DNA from: Deltaproteobacteria bacterium
GTDB taxonomy: Bacteria; Myxococcota; Kuafuiibacteriia; Kuafuiibacteriales; Kuafuiibacteriaceae
Length of the DNA stretch: 64,000 nt
Direction: 5' to 3'
NCBI GenBank assembly: GCA_040218735.1
Contig: JAVJQW010000008.1
Coordinates: 32,001 to 96,000 of the forward strand
Shown here: positions 36,974 to 48,300 of the stretch, piece by piece
Numbering within the stretch: position 1 is the first letter of the stretch
How the letters are laid out: every line of letters starts with the position of its first letter
Notes under the pieces: generated by a model
What the model was told of the DNA's origin: nothing
Seen by the model: only the letters and a program-made list of their open reading frames with translations
Database searches by the model: none
Position numbers and translations under genes: made by a program

Positions 36974-38866
36974 ATGCGGCGGCTGTGGCCCGGTCTCGTC
37001 TTGGCGCTCCTCCCGAGCGCCGCGTTCGCGCAGACGATCTGCGTCGACCCCGGACACGGCGGCGCCGACCCCGGCGCGGTCGGGTGCGGCTACGAGGAAG
37101 AGGACATCGTCATCGACGTGTCGCTACGCCTGCGCACCCTCCTCCAGGGCGCCGGCTTCACGGTGCTGATGACCCGCACCAACGACTCCGCGGTGAGCCT
37201 GTCGGCGCGCTCGAGTATGGCGAACAGCGCGGGCGCTTCGCGGTTCATGAGCATCCACGCGAACTCCGCCGGCGTCGTCGCGACGGGCATCGAGACGTTT
37301 TGCTCCAACAACGCGTCCGCCAACGCGGTCGATCTGCGCGACGAGATCCAGTCGGAGATGATCGCGACGTGGCCGCTCGCGAACCGCGGCGGCAAACGCG
37401 CCAACTTCTCGGTGCTCACGAACACCAACATGCCCGCGACGCTCTCCGAGCTCGGCTTCATCAACAACTGCAACGTGGACGTCTCGTACCTGTCGAACCC
37501 CAACGAACGGCAGCGCGCGGCGCAGGCGCACCTGAACGCCCTCCTCCGTCACCTCGGCCAGAACCCGATGCCGACGACCGGCGTGCTGACGGGCGTCGTG
37601 TTCGAGGACACCGGCGCGGGCCTCGCCGACACCTCGATCCGCATCCCCGGAGCCGCCGTCACCATCCAGGAGACCGGCGCCTCCGACAGCGCCTCGGCGG
37701 ACTCCGGCGCGTGGCGCTTCGACCTCCCGCCCGGCACGTACACCGTGCGCGCCGAGCAGTCCGGCTACGGCGTCACCGCGCGCACCTGCACCGTGCAGAG
37801 CGGCGACACCACGTGGTGCTCCGTCGGCCTGTTCGCAGAAGGGATGGAGCGCGACGGCGGCGTCGTCACGCCGGACGCCGGCCACGCCGACGCCGGTCAC
37901 GTCGACAGTGGTGTGAAGACACCGCGCGACGGCGGCGTCGAAGACAGCGGCGTGCGAATCGGCGTGGGCGGTGAGACGCGTGACGGCGGCGAGCCCGTGA
38001 CCTTGGTGGCGCAGGACGTCGACAGCGGCTGCGGCTGCAGCGCCGCCGAGTCGCGCGGCTTCACGTGGTGGGCCTTGCTCCCGTTCTTGGTGCTGCTGCG
38101 TCGCCGCTCGCTGTGGTTGTTGGTGCTGCTGATCCCCGCGACCGCATCCGCCGAGCCCTCGGTGGGCGACGCGCGGATCGTCGCACGCGGGCGCTACGTC
38201 GCGCCGGTGATCGCGCCGGACGGCGCGCACGTCCTCGTCACGACGGCGGCGCGCGACGGCGTGGTCGTGCTCGGCGTGGACGAACCGATCGAGCGCCGCG
38301 TCGTCGAACAGGCGGGCGCCGGTTATCGCCCGGTGTGGTCCGACGCACGACGCTTCGGCGTACGCAGCGCGGCTCGCCCGTTCTCGGGCGAGCCGCTGAT
38401 GCAGTTCGATCGGCTCGGGGGCTACCACGGTCCGCAGCCGCTCCCGGCGCGCGTCGCGCAGGTCGACGCTCGGGTCCACGTGAACGGTAAACCCATCCAC
38501 GAAGGTGAGCCGTCGTTTGCGCCGGCGCTCTCCCCCGACGGCGCGTTCGTTGCGTACGAGACGCCGACCGGCCTGTTCCTTCATCGCGTCGCGGACGGGC
38601 GTCGCTTCGCGCTGGGGCGCGGCTCGGCGCCGAGCTTCTCCGGCGACGCGAAGGTGCTCGTCTTCGAACGCACCACCGACGACGGCCACACGCTGAAGAC
38701 CTCCGGCCTGTACTTCGTCCGGCTCGGCGAGGCCGCGAAGGTCGAGCGGCTGCTGGACGAGGCGGGCCTGGAACTTTCGCCTTCGCTGTCGCGCGGTGAA
38801 GGCGGCGTGTACCGGCTCGCGTACCAACACGACGACCGCATCGTCGTGCGGACCGTGCGATTCTGA
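36974..38866 (+). CDS. N-acetylmuramoyl-L-alanine amidase (Amidase_3) + carboxypeptidase-regulatory-like domain + internal MYXO-CTERM-like motif + TolB/PD40-like domain
   Basis: Signal peptide ending AFA; DPGHGGADPGA, E, SIHAN, ELGFINN; GCGCS-TM-RRR; PALSPDGAFVAY, PSFSGD. Confidence 0.85.
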   Translation: MRRLWPGLVLALLPSAAFAQTICVDPGHGGADPGAVGCGYEEEDIVIDVSLRLRTLLQGAGFTVLMTRTNDSAVSLSARSSMANSAGASRFMSIHANSAGVVATGIETFCSNNASANAVDLRDEIQSEMIATWPLANRGGKRANFSVLTNTNMPATLSELGFINNCNVDVSYLSNPNERQRAAQAHLNALLRHLGQNPMPTTGVLTGVVFEDTGAGLADTSIRIPGAAVTIQETGASDSASADSGAWRFDLPPGTYTVRAEQSGYGVTARTCTVQSGDTTWCSVGLFAEGMERDGGVVTPDAGHADAGHVDSGVKTPRDGGVEDSGVRIGVGGETRDGGEPVTLVAQDVDSGCGCSAAESRGFTWWALLPFLVLLRRRSLWLLVLLIPATASAEPSVGDARIVARGRYVAPVIAPDGAHVLVTTAARDGVVVLGVDEPIERRVVEQAGAGYRPVWSDARRFGVRSAARPFSGEPLMQFDRLGGYHGPQPLPARVAQVDARVHVNGKPIHEGEPSFAPALSPDGAFVAYETPTGLFLHRVADGRRFALGRGSAPSFSGDAKVLVFERTTDDGHTLKTSGLYFVRLGEAAKVERLLDEAGLELSPSLSRGEGGVYRLAYQHDDRIVVRTVRF

Positions 38867-38870
38867 TCTC

Positions 38871-40097
38871 ATGACGGTGTACGTGCTCGGCGGCTTCCAG
38901 ACGGACTTCGCCTTCAACTGGAGCAAAAACGACGAGGACCTGTGGGCCATCTTCGGCGCCACCGTGAACGGCGCGTTCGACGCGACGAGAATCGATCCGA
39001 AGGACGTCGACGTCGCGCACGTCGCGAACTTCTCGAGCGAGCTGTTCTGCGGGCAGAACCAGCTCGGCGGGTGGTTCGCTTCCGCGCACCCGGATCTCGC
39101 CGGGACGCCCGCCTCGCGCCACGAAGCCGCGTGTGCGTCGGGGAGCGTCGCGATGCTCGCGGCGTCGGCGGAGATCGAAGCCGGGCGCTACGACCTCGCG
39201 TGTGTGTTGGGCGTCGAGCAGATGCGCAACGTCCCGGGGCAGGAGGCAGCGAAGCACCTCGGCGTCTGCGCGTGGAACGGACGCGAGGGTGAAGGCGCGA
39301 CGTACTTGTGGCCGCACATGTTCAGCCGCCTCGCCGACGTCTACGCGGAGCGCCACGGCCTCGACCGCGAACACCTCGTGCACCTCGCGAAGAAGAACTT
39401 CGCGAACGCGCGCAGGAACGACAACGCCCAGACGCGGCGGTGGTCACTCGACGACGACAGCTTCGGCGTCGACGACCAGGCGAACCCGGTCATCGAAGGG
39501 AACGTGCGCCGCCATGACTGCAGCCAGATCACCGACGGCGGCGCCGCGGTGTTCCTGGCGTCCGAGCGGTACGCGAAGCGCTACGCCGAAACGCGGGGCG
39601 TGCAGCGCCTCGCCAAGCTCGCCGGCTTCGGCCACCGCACCGCGCCGATGCTCCTCGACGACAAACTCGCCGCCTCCGCCGGGCAGCCCTACGTGTTCGG
39701 CGAAGTGAAGCGCACGATCGACGACGCCCTCCGCCGCGCCGCGCTCCCCGACGCCTGGGCCCTCGACGCGGTCGAGTGTCACGACTGCTTCAGCATCAGC
39801 GAGTACATGGCGATCGATCACTTCGGCCTGTGCGACGCCGGCCGGCCGCACCAGGCGATCGAACGCGGCGACGTCGACCCCGGCGGCCGCCTCCCGTTCA
39901 ACCCGAGCGGCGGCCTCATCGGCGGCGGCCACCCGATCGGCGCCACCGGCGTCCGCATGGTCCTCGACGCCTTCCGCCAGGTCACCGACCAGGCCGGCGA
40001 CTACCAGGTCGACGGCGCGAAGCGCGTCGCCACGCTGAACATCGGTGGGAGCACGACCACCAGCGTGAGCTTCGTCGTCGAGCGCGCGACCGCATAG
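38871..40097 (+). CDS. Thiolase family acetyl-CoA acetyltransferase (SCP2-thiolase type)
   Basis: EAACASGS, CSQITDG, ECHDCF, NPSGGLIGGGHPIGATG. Confidence 0.9.
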   Translation: MTVYVLGGFQTDFAFNWSKNDEDLWAIFGATVNGAFDATRIDPKDVDVAHVANFSSELFCGQNQLGGWFASAHPDLAGTPASRHEAACASGSVAMLAASAEIEAGRYDLACVLGVEQMRNVPGQEAAKHLGVCAWNGREGEGATYLWPHMFSRLADVYAERHGLDREHLVHLAKKNFANARRNDNAQTRRWSLDDDSFGVDDQANPVIEGNVRRHDCSQITDGGAAVFLASERYAKRYAETRGVQRLAKLAGFGHRTAPMLLDDKLAASAGQPYVFGEVKRTIDDALRRAALPDAWALDAVECHDCFSISEYMAIDHFGLCDAGRPHQAIERGDVDPGGRLPFNPSGGLIGGGHPIGATGVRMVLDAFRQVTDQAGDYQVDGAKRVATLNIGGSTTTSVSFVVERATA

Positions 40098-40226
40098 TGG
40101 GCCGAGTCATCGCCGCGCCTCAGCCGGCATCGGATCTATCCCCGAGGCGAGATCAATCAACTGCGAACGTGGACTTTATGGGTTTCAATGGGACGGCGAT
40201 GGGTTGGGTCAGGGTTAGGCCAAGTA

Positions 40227-41662
40227 CCGTTCACTTGGCGGAAGGGCCTGCGTCGAGCATGCCGTGAGTCCGCGTAAGGCACCCCGAGACAGAGAGCGTC
40301 GCGCCGGGCGCCGCGGAGTGACTCGTCCCTAGGCCGCCATTTCGCCGGCTCGTAAGCGAGGGGGGGGCGCGGAACGCAGTCCGAAGGAGGGTCGCGCTCT
40401 CGAACCCCCTCTGGCATCGCTCTCACGTGCTGCCCTCCGGGCGTGGCCGTGGCGTCGGACGTACTTCACACTGCCCGGGCTGGGTGGAGCTGCGCTCATG
40501 AATCCTTCGCCCGATGAAGGCGCGACCCAACACCTCGTTCGCGGCATGAAGGTTGTGCGCGCGGCACAACAATCGCAGCTCGCCGACCACGCTCTTGGCC
40601 CCCAGCGCCCGCCCGCCGACATGATCGAATTCGAGGTTCGACCGTTCGCTGCATCGCCGCCCGTCCGGGCTCACGTAGGTGCATTGCGCGCCGTCGCGCT
40701 CCACCACCGCGCGGCGCGTTGCCGCTGGGACGTACGCTGCGCCCGCGGGTGCGTCGTCGGCAGGCGTCGATCGTGGACGACTCGTCTTTCCGTTCTTCCT
40801 CCTCTCCAGCTTCTCCACGTAGAGCGCGAGCGCCGCTTCGAAGATCTCCCCGATGTCCGTCCCAGGCGGGGTGAGCTCCTTGGCTCGATCCAAGAGCGCC
40901 TTGGCTTCGGCGCTCCCGTCGAAGCGAAAAGCGAACGTCTCGGCGGTCGCCGCCTCGACACGGTCTTCGCAGCTCTTCGCTCCCGTGAACTCGGTAGCGA
41001 TCAGCATCTCGACCTCGGCCTTGGACTTGTTCCGCGCCTGCTCGACGAGGCTGTGGGCGTTGTCGTCGTTCATGAACTTGGAGAGCTTCGCGACGCCCGT
41101 CATGTGCAGCTCGCCGGTCGCGATCAGCTCGAACACCTCGGGCACCCGCCGCGCCGCGCGCACCACGCCGACGCGCCGGCACGCCTGGTCCTCGGTCAGC
41201 CCGAGCCCCTCGACGCAGAACCGAAACAGCGAGCTGAAGCCGCGCTCCACGTAGAGCTTGCGCCGCTCGATGAACCGGAGCGCCTGGATACCGCTATTCA
41301 GCTCCTCGAAACGCGATTCGGCAGGCCTCGAGGAGGACCGTCTGAGACGTGCGAGGACGCACGCCATGGACCGTCAGCGTCCGGCGAAGAGTCCAAGCTC
41401 GAAAACTTCGAAACGGTCGGCGTTCGTCGAGCAGATGGCCCGGACAGGGCCGACAATTCCGTCAACCCCAAAAGAGAGAAAGAAACTTCTTCCGCAACTC
41501 AACTTGCGCGCCCGCCCATCCCCTCTTGCGAGCCGGCGAACCTCACCGGTCCATCGCAGCCCTCGACCGCCGTCGGCGCATCATCCGACGCTGATTCCAG
41601 TGGTCTCGTGAATGCGTCGAAGGTGGCGTGGGCTACTCGCGTGCGAGGCCGCGAAGATCCAT
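40227..41662 (-). mobile_element. HNH-endonuclease repeat element, copy 1 (internally deleted)
   Basis: Aligns by eye end to end with 50786-52324, including about 200 bp of 3' and about 300 bp of 5' non-coding DNA. Confidence 0.75.
40423..41367 (-). pseudogene. DUF222-like/HNH endonuclease, N-terminally deleted
   Basis: GFSSLFRFCVEGLGL; RDGAQC...C...EFDH...LLCRAHN; lacks about 100 bp (native start) and a 9-bp segment present in copy 2. Confidence 0.7.
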
Positions 41663-42448
41663 CTGGGGATGGCCGTGCCGCGAGCGCTACATGGGGAGCA
41701 TTCGAGTGCCGCCGACCATCGAGCGGAGCCGACCGCCGTCCTCCTCGACTGTGGCAACAGGTGCGACTGCATCGGCGACCACGGCTTGTACGACTTCACG
41801 CTAGCACGAGATTACGATCGAGTACGCAGTGGGATAGGGCAACGTGAGTAGCGGAGCGCAGGCGGCGGGCGCGCCGGTTCCGAAAGCCGAGCCGCCCCGC
41901 CGAGCGCAACGTGCCTTGCCCATCGCGAACGCTGGGTCCCCGTGTCGATCGATGGCCAATCTCGCCGAACCGAGGTCGGCACGCCCGCCGCCGGGGCGGA
42001 GCGAGCGCCTGGGCAGCACGTCGCATCACCTCCGCGATGGCGCGAAGCTCCTTGGGTCACCCACCCCCATCGGATCGCCGAGCGAAGGCAACTCGACACG
42101 CGGAGCGCTGGCGGCGGACGGGGACGCTCTGGAGGGAATCAGTTCGGCTCGCCCGCCGCGGCCATAAGCGAAGCCGAGGGGCAACACCAGGCGAGACGAA
42201 CGGCATCTGACCGGAAGAGCGTCCCCGGCCGACGCCAAACGCGAAGCCGGACCTGGGCACTCCCCGGCCGGCTATCCGATACACCCTCGTAGGCCATAAC
42301 GCCGCTCCGCTTCGCGGACCGCCTTAGCACAGCCTTCGGACCGGCCGCATTCGCGACCGGCCGCAGTCTAGGCCTGAACATCCAAGCTGTGCCGAAGATC
42401 TTCGTGGGTTGTTTCGCGGTTCGGCCGCCGACAATCTGCGACGCACCG

Positions 42449-45343
42449 ATGACCGTCGAGACCACCAGCCCGCTCGGCCAGCGCGTCGCCGAAGCCGTTC
42501 GCTCCGTCCGCACGCGCGCCGGCGACCCCACCGCGGCGGTCGTCGTCGTCACCCCGTCCGTCGGGAGCGCCGAGCTCGTCCGTCGCGCGCTCGCGCTCGC
42601 GGGCCCGTTCATCCGCGTGTCGTTCGCGCCCCCCGGTCGCATCGTGTCCGCGCTCGGGGAGCTCGCGCTCGCGGAGCGTGGCCTCACGCCCGAGCCGGCC
42701 GGCTGGCTCGGCGCCACGCTGCGCGAAGCGATCCGCGACGACGAGACGGGCCTCGACGCCCCGGGGTGGCTGCCGTCCCTCGAACAGGCGGTGCAGAAGC
42801 TCGACGCCGCGGGCCTCGACGCAGACCGACTCGCTACCGTGACGTGCGCGCCCGAGCTCGAAGGCCGCCGCGATCTGCTAGCGCGCCTCCTGGGCGCCGC
42901 CCACGAACGTCGCTCGCGTGAACGCCTCGCTGGCGCACGAACGATCGGAGATCTCGCGCTCGCGGCGGTCGAAGACCGGCGGCTCGCGTTCAACCGCAAC
43001 GTGGGCGCGGTGGTCATCGGCGATGCTTCGCTGACCCCGAGCCAGTACGAGGTCCTCACGGCGTGGCTCGCGGATCGCCCCGGCGTACGCCTCGCGCTCG
43101 CGCCGCTCGAACACATCGAACTGGCGCCGCAGGGCCTCCGACGCGCCGCGGCGCACCTCGAGGTCCTCGACGTCGACGTGGCGGGCGAGGGCGACGTCGC
43201 GCACCTGCAGCGTCACCTGTTCAAGGAGCCCACGACCGCTGCGCCGCACGACGGTCGCGTCGCGTTGGTCACGTCGCCGGACGAAGCACGGGAGATGCGC
43301 GAGGTCGTCCGCGAAGTGCAACGTGCGATCGCCGCGGGCACCCCCCTCGACCGCATCGCGATCGCGCTCCCCGACGGCAGCACCGCCGACCTCCTCGAAG
43401 AGCGCCTCGACGCGGCGGGCATACCGGCGGTGTGGCTCGTCGGCCCGAGCCTCGCGCGCGATCGCGCGGGGCGTCTGTTGAGGCAGGCGATTCGCCTCGC
43501 GTCCGGCGAGGACTCGGTCGCCGAGTGGTACGCGTTCCTGAGGCACCCGCTGCTCCGCATTGCGCCGCGCCTCGGCGCCGACGCGCTCCGTGGTGCGAGC
43601 CAGTGGCGGCGCGCGTTGGCCGAGTGCGGCGCCGTGCGCGGGACCGCGGCGATCCGTGGCGCGCTGCGCGCAGCGCTCGAGAGGATCGATCCCGAAGAGG
43701 ACGCCTGGCGCCACGCCGCGCACACCTCGCTCCTCGCTGTGATCGAAACCTTCGCCGACGCGTTCGCGGCGTTCCCGGAGCACGACACGCTCGGCGCCCA
43801 CGCGAAGACCTGGTCGGCGTTTGCGAAGACGTGGATCGGCCTCCCCAACGAACGTGCGCAGCTCGCCGACGTCCTCGACGCGTTTGGTGACGCGGGCCCC
43901 GCGATGGACGCCGCCGACGCATTGGGGTTCTTGGAGTCCGCGCTCGCCGCGAAGCCCCGGCTGGAAGGATTCATGACGCAGCCGGGCGTTCGGGTCGTGC
44001 CGCCGATGGAGCTGATCGGCGGTGAGCTCGACGTCGTCTGCCTCACCGGCCTCGTCGAAGGACGCTTCCCGCCGCGCCGTGACGAGGACCCGCTCCTGAC
44101 GGACGCGCTCATCGAGGCCATCGCCGCCTCGACCGACGTTCACCTCCTCACCTCGCGCGACCGCGCCGACCTCGAACGTCGTCGCCTCGCCGCCGCGATC
44201 GCGTCGTGCACCGGGCGGCTGTGGCTCTCGGCGCCGAGCACCGAGCTGATGAGCGCACGTCCGCAGCGACCGAGCCGGCTCCTCCTCGACGTCGTCGCGA
44301 CGCTCGAGGGCCGCCGCGCCTCGTACGCCGACCTGCGCGCCACGCAGCAGAAGGTCGGCTCCCGGGCGCAGTTCGGGCCCGAGGATCCGAAGGACGCGAT
44401 CGACGCGACGGAGCACTGGGTCGCGCGGGTGCAGAACGGCGAGGTGGAGGCGCTCGCGCGCCACGCGACGCCGCGCCGTTTGATGCAGCTGCACCGCTCC
44501 ATCGATCGCCACCGTCGCTCGGCCCACACCGACACGCCGTTCATCGACGCCTGGACCGGCCTGGTCTCGCCCGAGCTCGTGCTGGGGCCGGCGTCGGGGG
44601 ACATCGAGGCGCGTGTGCACGTGTTCGCGGAGGCCGCGCTGCAACCGGCGCGGTACTTCTTCCGCCGCCTGCTGCGCGCGTACCCGGCGCCGTCGCTCTA
44701 CCACGCGTACGACGCCACGAGCGCGTACGTCCTGAAGTCGCGGGCGCGAGCGGCGCTGCGCGCGGCGTTCGACCGCGCGGGCCCCGATCTCCTCGCGCGC
44801 TTCGCGGAGGTGTGGGCGGAGGAGGACGAGGCGCTCTTCGCGCACAAACCGGAGATCGACGCCGACACGATCGCGATGGCCGGCGACCTCGGCCGCGCGT
44901 TCGCGGAGACGATGCTCGCGGCGCGAGACGACTGGCTCGCGGCGGCGCCGCGTACGGTGCCGCCGAATGACTTCGACGGCTGGTCGGTCGCAGCGGACGA
45001 GGTGCTCGTCGCGGGGCCCACGCTCTTGGCGACGCGATCGAAGGCGGGCCGCAAGACACTCAAGATCGATGACGCGTTCGCAGCGATGCTCACGGCGGCC
45101 GCCCTCGAAGACGTGACCGACATCGTGCACGTCGATCCGGACGGCGGGGTGGGGACGGTGGAGGTCCGCGCGCTGAGCACGACGGTCGCGGAGCTCGCGC
45201 GGGTGACGCGTGAGCGCGCGGCGAAGGGGCTGTGGCCGATGGCGAAGGGCGACGACAAGTTTGCGTTGGCGCTCGAGCAGGTCTCGCCGGTGGACGCCAC
45301 CGACACGGCGGCGTTGGAGCGGATGTTGGAGGTGGTGGGATGA
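42449..45343 (+). CDS. AddB-like inactive-helicase subunit with degenerate C-terminal nuclease
   Basis: EMREVVREV...IAIAL, VVCLTGLVEGRFP, EDPLLTD, PSRLL; no Walker A; Fe-S cysteines and DYK motif not visible; start may be 42389. Confidence 0.75.
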   Translation: MTVETTSPLGQRVAEAVRSVRTRAGDPTAAVVVVTPSVGSAELVRRALALAGPFIRVSFAPPGRIVSALGELALAERGLTPEPAGWLGATLREAIRDDETGLDAPGWLPSLEQAVQKLDAAGLDADRLATVTCAPELEGRRDLLARLLGAAHERRSRERLAGARTIGDLALAAVEDRRLAFNRNVGAVVIGDASLTPSQYEVLTAWLADRPGVRLALAPLEHIELAPQGLRRAAAHLEVLDVDVAGEGDVAHLQRHLFKEPTTAAPHDGRVALVTSPDEAREMREVVREVQRAIAAGTPLDRIAIALPDGSTADLLEERLDAAGIPAVWLVGPSLARDRAGRLLRQAIRLASGEDSVAEWYAFLRHPLLRIAPRLGADALRGASQWRRALAECGAVRGTAAIRGALRAALERIDPEEDAWRHAAHTSLLAVIETFADAFAAFPEHDTLGAHAKTWSAFAKTWIGLPNERAQLADVLDAFGDAGPAMDAADALGFLESALAAKPRLEGFMTQPGVRVVPPMELIGGELDVVCLTGLVEGRFPPRRDEDPLLTDALIEAIAASTDVHLLTSRDRADLERRRLAAAIASCTGRLWLSAPSTELMSARPQRPSRLLLDVVATLEGRRASYADLRATQQKVGSRAQFGPEDPKDAIDATEHWVARVQNGEVEALARHATPRRLMQLHRSIDRHRRSAHTDTPFIDAWTGLVSPELVLGPASGDIEARVHVFAEAALQPARYFFRRLLRAYPAPSLYHAYDATSAYVLKSRARAALRAAFDRAGPDLLARFAEVWAEEDEALFAHKPEIDADTIAMAGDLGRAFAETMLAARDDWLAAAPRTVPPNDFDGWSVAADEVLVAGPTLLATRSKAGRKTLKIDDAFAAMLTAAALEDVTDIVHVDPDGGVGTVEVRALSTTVAELARVTRERAAKGLWPMAKGDDKFALALEQVSPVDATDTAALERMLEVVG

Positions 45344-48300
45344 CCGAGATCGTCGACATCGAAGTCCGCGAGCGCGTCGTCTCGGCGACCGACACGTCGA
45401 TGGCCCTCAACGCGGGCGCGGGCGCGGGCAAGACGACGGTGCTCGTCGACCGCGTGCTCGGGTTGCTCGCCGCCGGGACGGCGCCGGAGCGCATCGCGGT
45501 CATCACGTTCACGGAGAAGGCGGCCGGTGAGGTCGCGGAGCGCGTTCGCGACGCGTTGGAGTCGGCGCTCGCGAGCGCTCAGGGCGAGGCGCGCACGAAC
45601 CTCCAGGCGGCGGTGGAGCGGCTATCGGATCTCCAGACGTCGACGATTCACGCGTTTGCGTCGTCGCTGTTGAAGATGGAGGCGTACGAGTCGCGGTGGG
45701 CGCCGCGCACCGAGCTGATCGGCGAGACGCTCGGGACCTCTGCGGCGGACGACGCCTACCGCACCTGGCGGAAGGGCTACGACGAGCGGCACCCGGCGGA
45801 CATCGCGCCGCTCCGCGGAGCGTGTGCGGAGCAGACCCTCCGCGCCGGGGCGCTGGAGCTGGTGCGCTTCGCGGACCTGGAGCCCGTCGTCGGCCCGGAG
45901 GCGCTCGACTGGACGGAGGCACGCGCGACGCTGGCGGCGATTCACACGACGTTCGAGTCCCTGCGCGCCGAGTGCAACAAACCCGACACGTGCAAGCTCC
46001 TCGCGAACAACGCGGAGGGGCTCGCGCAGATCGCGGCGGCGCTCGCGGGTGAGGACGAGCGGCTGATCCCGGAGGCGGCGCGGGCGAAGTTCAAGAAGGT
46101 CGGCGGCAAGGCGGCGGATTGGAACGGCGACGCCTGCGCGGGCTTCAAGTCGAACATCGACGAGGTGAAGGCGTGGATCGATCGCTGGAAAGCGAACCTC
46201 TTCGCCCCGCTGCACCGGCGCGTCGTCCTCGATCTGTACGAACACTTCCTCCCGCTCGTCGCGACGCGAAAGCGCGCGCGGAGCCAGGCCGACTACGACG
46301 ATCTTCTGTTCGAGTGTCGTCGCCTCCTCGTGGAAAGGAGCGCGGCGCGGGCGCGGTTGGCGGAGCGCTTCGACGCGATCCTCGTTGACGAGGTGCAGGA
46401 CACCGACCCGGTGCAGGCGGAGATCGCGCTACTGCTGACGCGCGAGCCGGAGCTCGACGGTGCGTGGCACGAACACCCGCCGCGCCCCGGGCGACTGTTC
46501 GCGGTGGGTGACGCGAAGCAGTCGATCTACCGCTTCCGTCGTGCGGACGTTGCAACCTGGCATGCGCTCGGCGACGCCATCGCGAAGGACGGTGAGCGGG
46601 CGATGCTCACCCAGAACTTCCGGTCGGTGCCGGGCATCGTCGCGTTCTCGAACTTCGTGTTCAGCGGGCTGGAGGACTACGAAGCGATCACGCCGTACCG
46701 CGAGGCTGCGGAGCTCGATCCGGTGGTCGTGCTCCGCGCGGAGAAGGCGACGGAGACCCGCGCCGCCGTGCATCACGTGAGCGAGCTGCTGCGGTCCGAA
46801 GCGCAGGTGTTCGATCGTTCGATCGACGGGCTGCGTCCGCTTCGCCCTGGGGACGTGATGGTCGTGCTCCCGGCGTGGAGCCGCGCCGACGGGGTGTTGG
46901 CGGACTTCGCCACGGCCGGAATCCCGGCGGTCGTCGAGGGGGGCGCGACGTTGTTCTCGCGCGACGAGGTGCGGCTCGCGCTCTGTGCGCTGCGCGCGAT
47001 CGAGGAGCCGGGGGACAGTGAGGCGGTCGTGTTCCTGCTGCGCGGCATGTTCGGCACCTCCCACGAGCACCTCGCCAGGCACGTGGGGCAGGGCGGCACG
47101 TGGCGTTACACCCGCGAGGATCAGCCGACCGGGGTTGTCGCGGATGCGCTGCGGGTGCTCCGGGACGTGCACCGGGAGCGTCGTCGCCGGTCGTTGTCGG
47201 CGCTGCTCGATCTGCTGCTGGAGCGCACGCGCGCTGCGGGGGTGTGGCGGCTGTCTTCGCGGGGCGTATCGATGCTCGCGAACCTCGACAAGGTGAAGGA
47301 GCTGGTGCGTCAGCTCGAGGAGACTACGACGACGTCCGCGGAGGTGGTGTCGGCGTTGCTCGGCGCGGACCGGAACGCGAAGCAAGAAGACTTGCCGGTC
47401 GCGGACCCGGACATCGACGCCGTGCGCATCACGTCGCTGTTCAAGGCGAAGGGGCGCGAGGCGCCGGTGGTGGTGATGGCGCACGCGGACCGCCGCAAGG
47501 ACGACGCGCGCGCGATCGTGGATCGCGACGGTGGTCGGGTCGCGATCAAGTTCCGGGACTTGAAACCGCCGGACTTCGACGTGTGGGCGGAGCGCGAGGA
47601 CGCGGAGACGAGGGACGAACGTCGCCGCTGGATGTACGTCGCGGCGACGCGTGCGTGTGACCAGCTGGTGATATGTCGCTCCGACAAGTCGGGGCTCTTG
47701 GACGCGGACCTGTCGAAGGCGCTGGCGGCGACGGCCGACGCGGAGCACGACGCGCTCGTGGAGGTCGGCGACGGCGTTCAGATCCGCGTGCGGGATCTCG
47801 AAGCGATCCCCGAGCCGCCGCGGAGCGACGAGACGTTCCCGGGGCACGACGACGCGATCGACGCGTTGCTCGATGCGCCCCCCACCGCGGGTGACGCCGT
47901 GGAGCCCGCGTGGCAAGCGGAGCGCGCGGCGGCGACGAAGCGCGCGGAGCGTTCGTCGCTGCGGTGGCGGACCGTTTCCGAGGAGGTGAGCCGCGTGCGC
48001 GGTCGGGACCCCGCGGGGCTCGGCGGCGGTGTCGGGTTGCTCGGTGGGAAGGTCGTGCACCGGGTGATGGAGCACCTCGATCTCGCGGAGCCCGCGGCGG
48101 TCGCGATGGAGAACGTGCCTTCGCTGGTGGAGCTGTACGCCCGCATCGTGGGTTTGCCGGCCGAGGACGCGCCCAAGTGTGTGGCGGTCGTGGCGTCGCT
48201 CTTGGAGCACGAGGTCGTGGAGCAGGCGCGCGCGGCGCCGGAGCGGTGGCAGGAGGCGGAGTTCACGTTCAGGAAGCGCGGGCGGATCATCTCGGGGACG

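Noticed and set aside
41690-42440. Small ORFs or an ncRNA in the gap before the AddB-like gene (e.g. 41612-41851)
   Set aside because: Weak codon bias, no motif, no clear tRNA or terminator structure by eye
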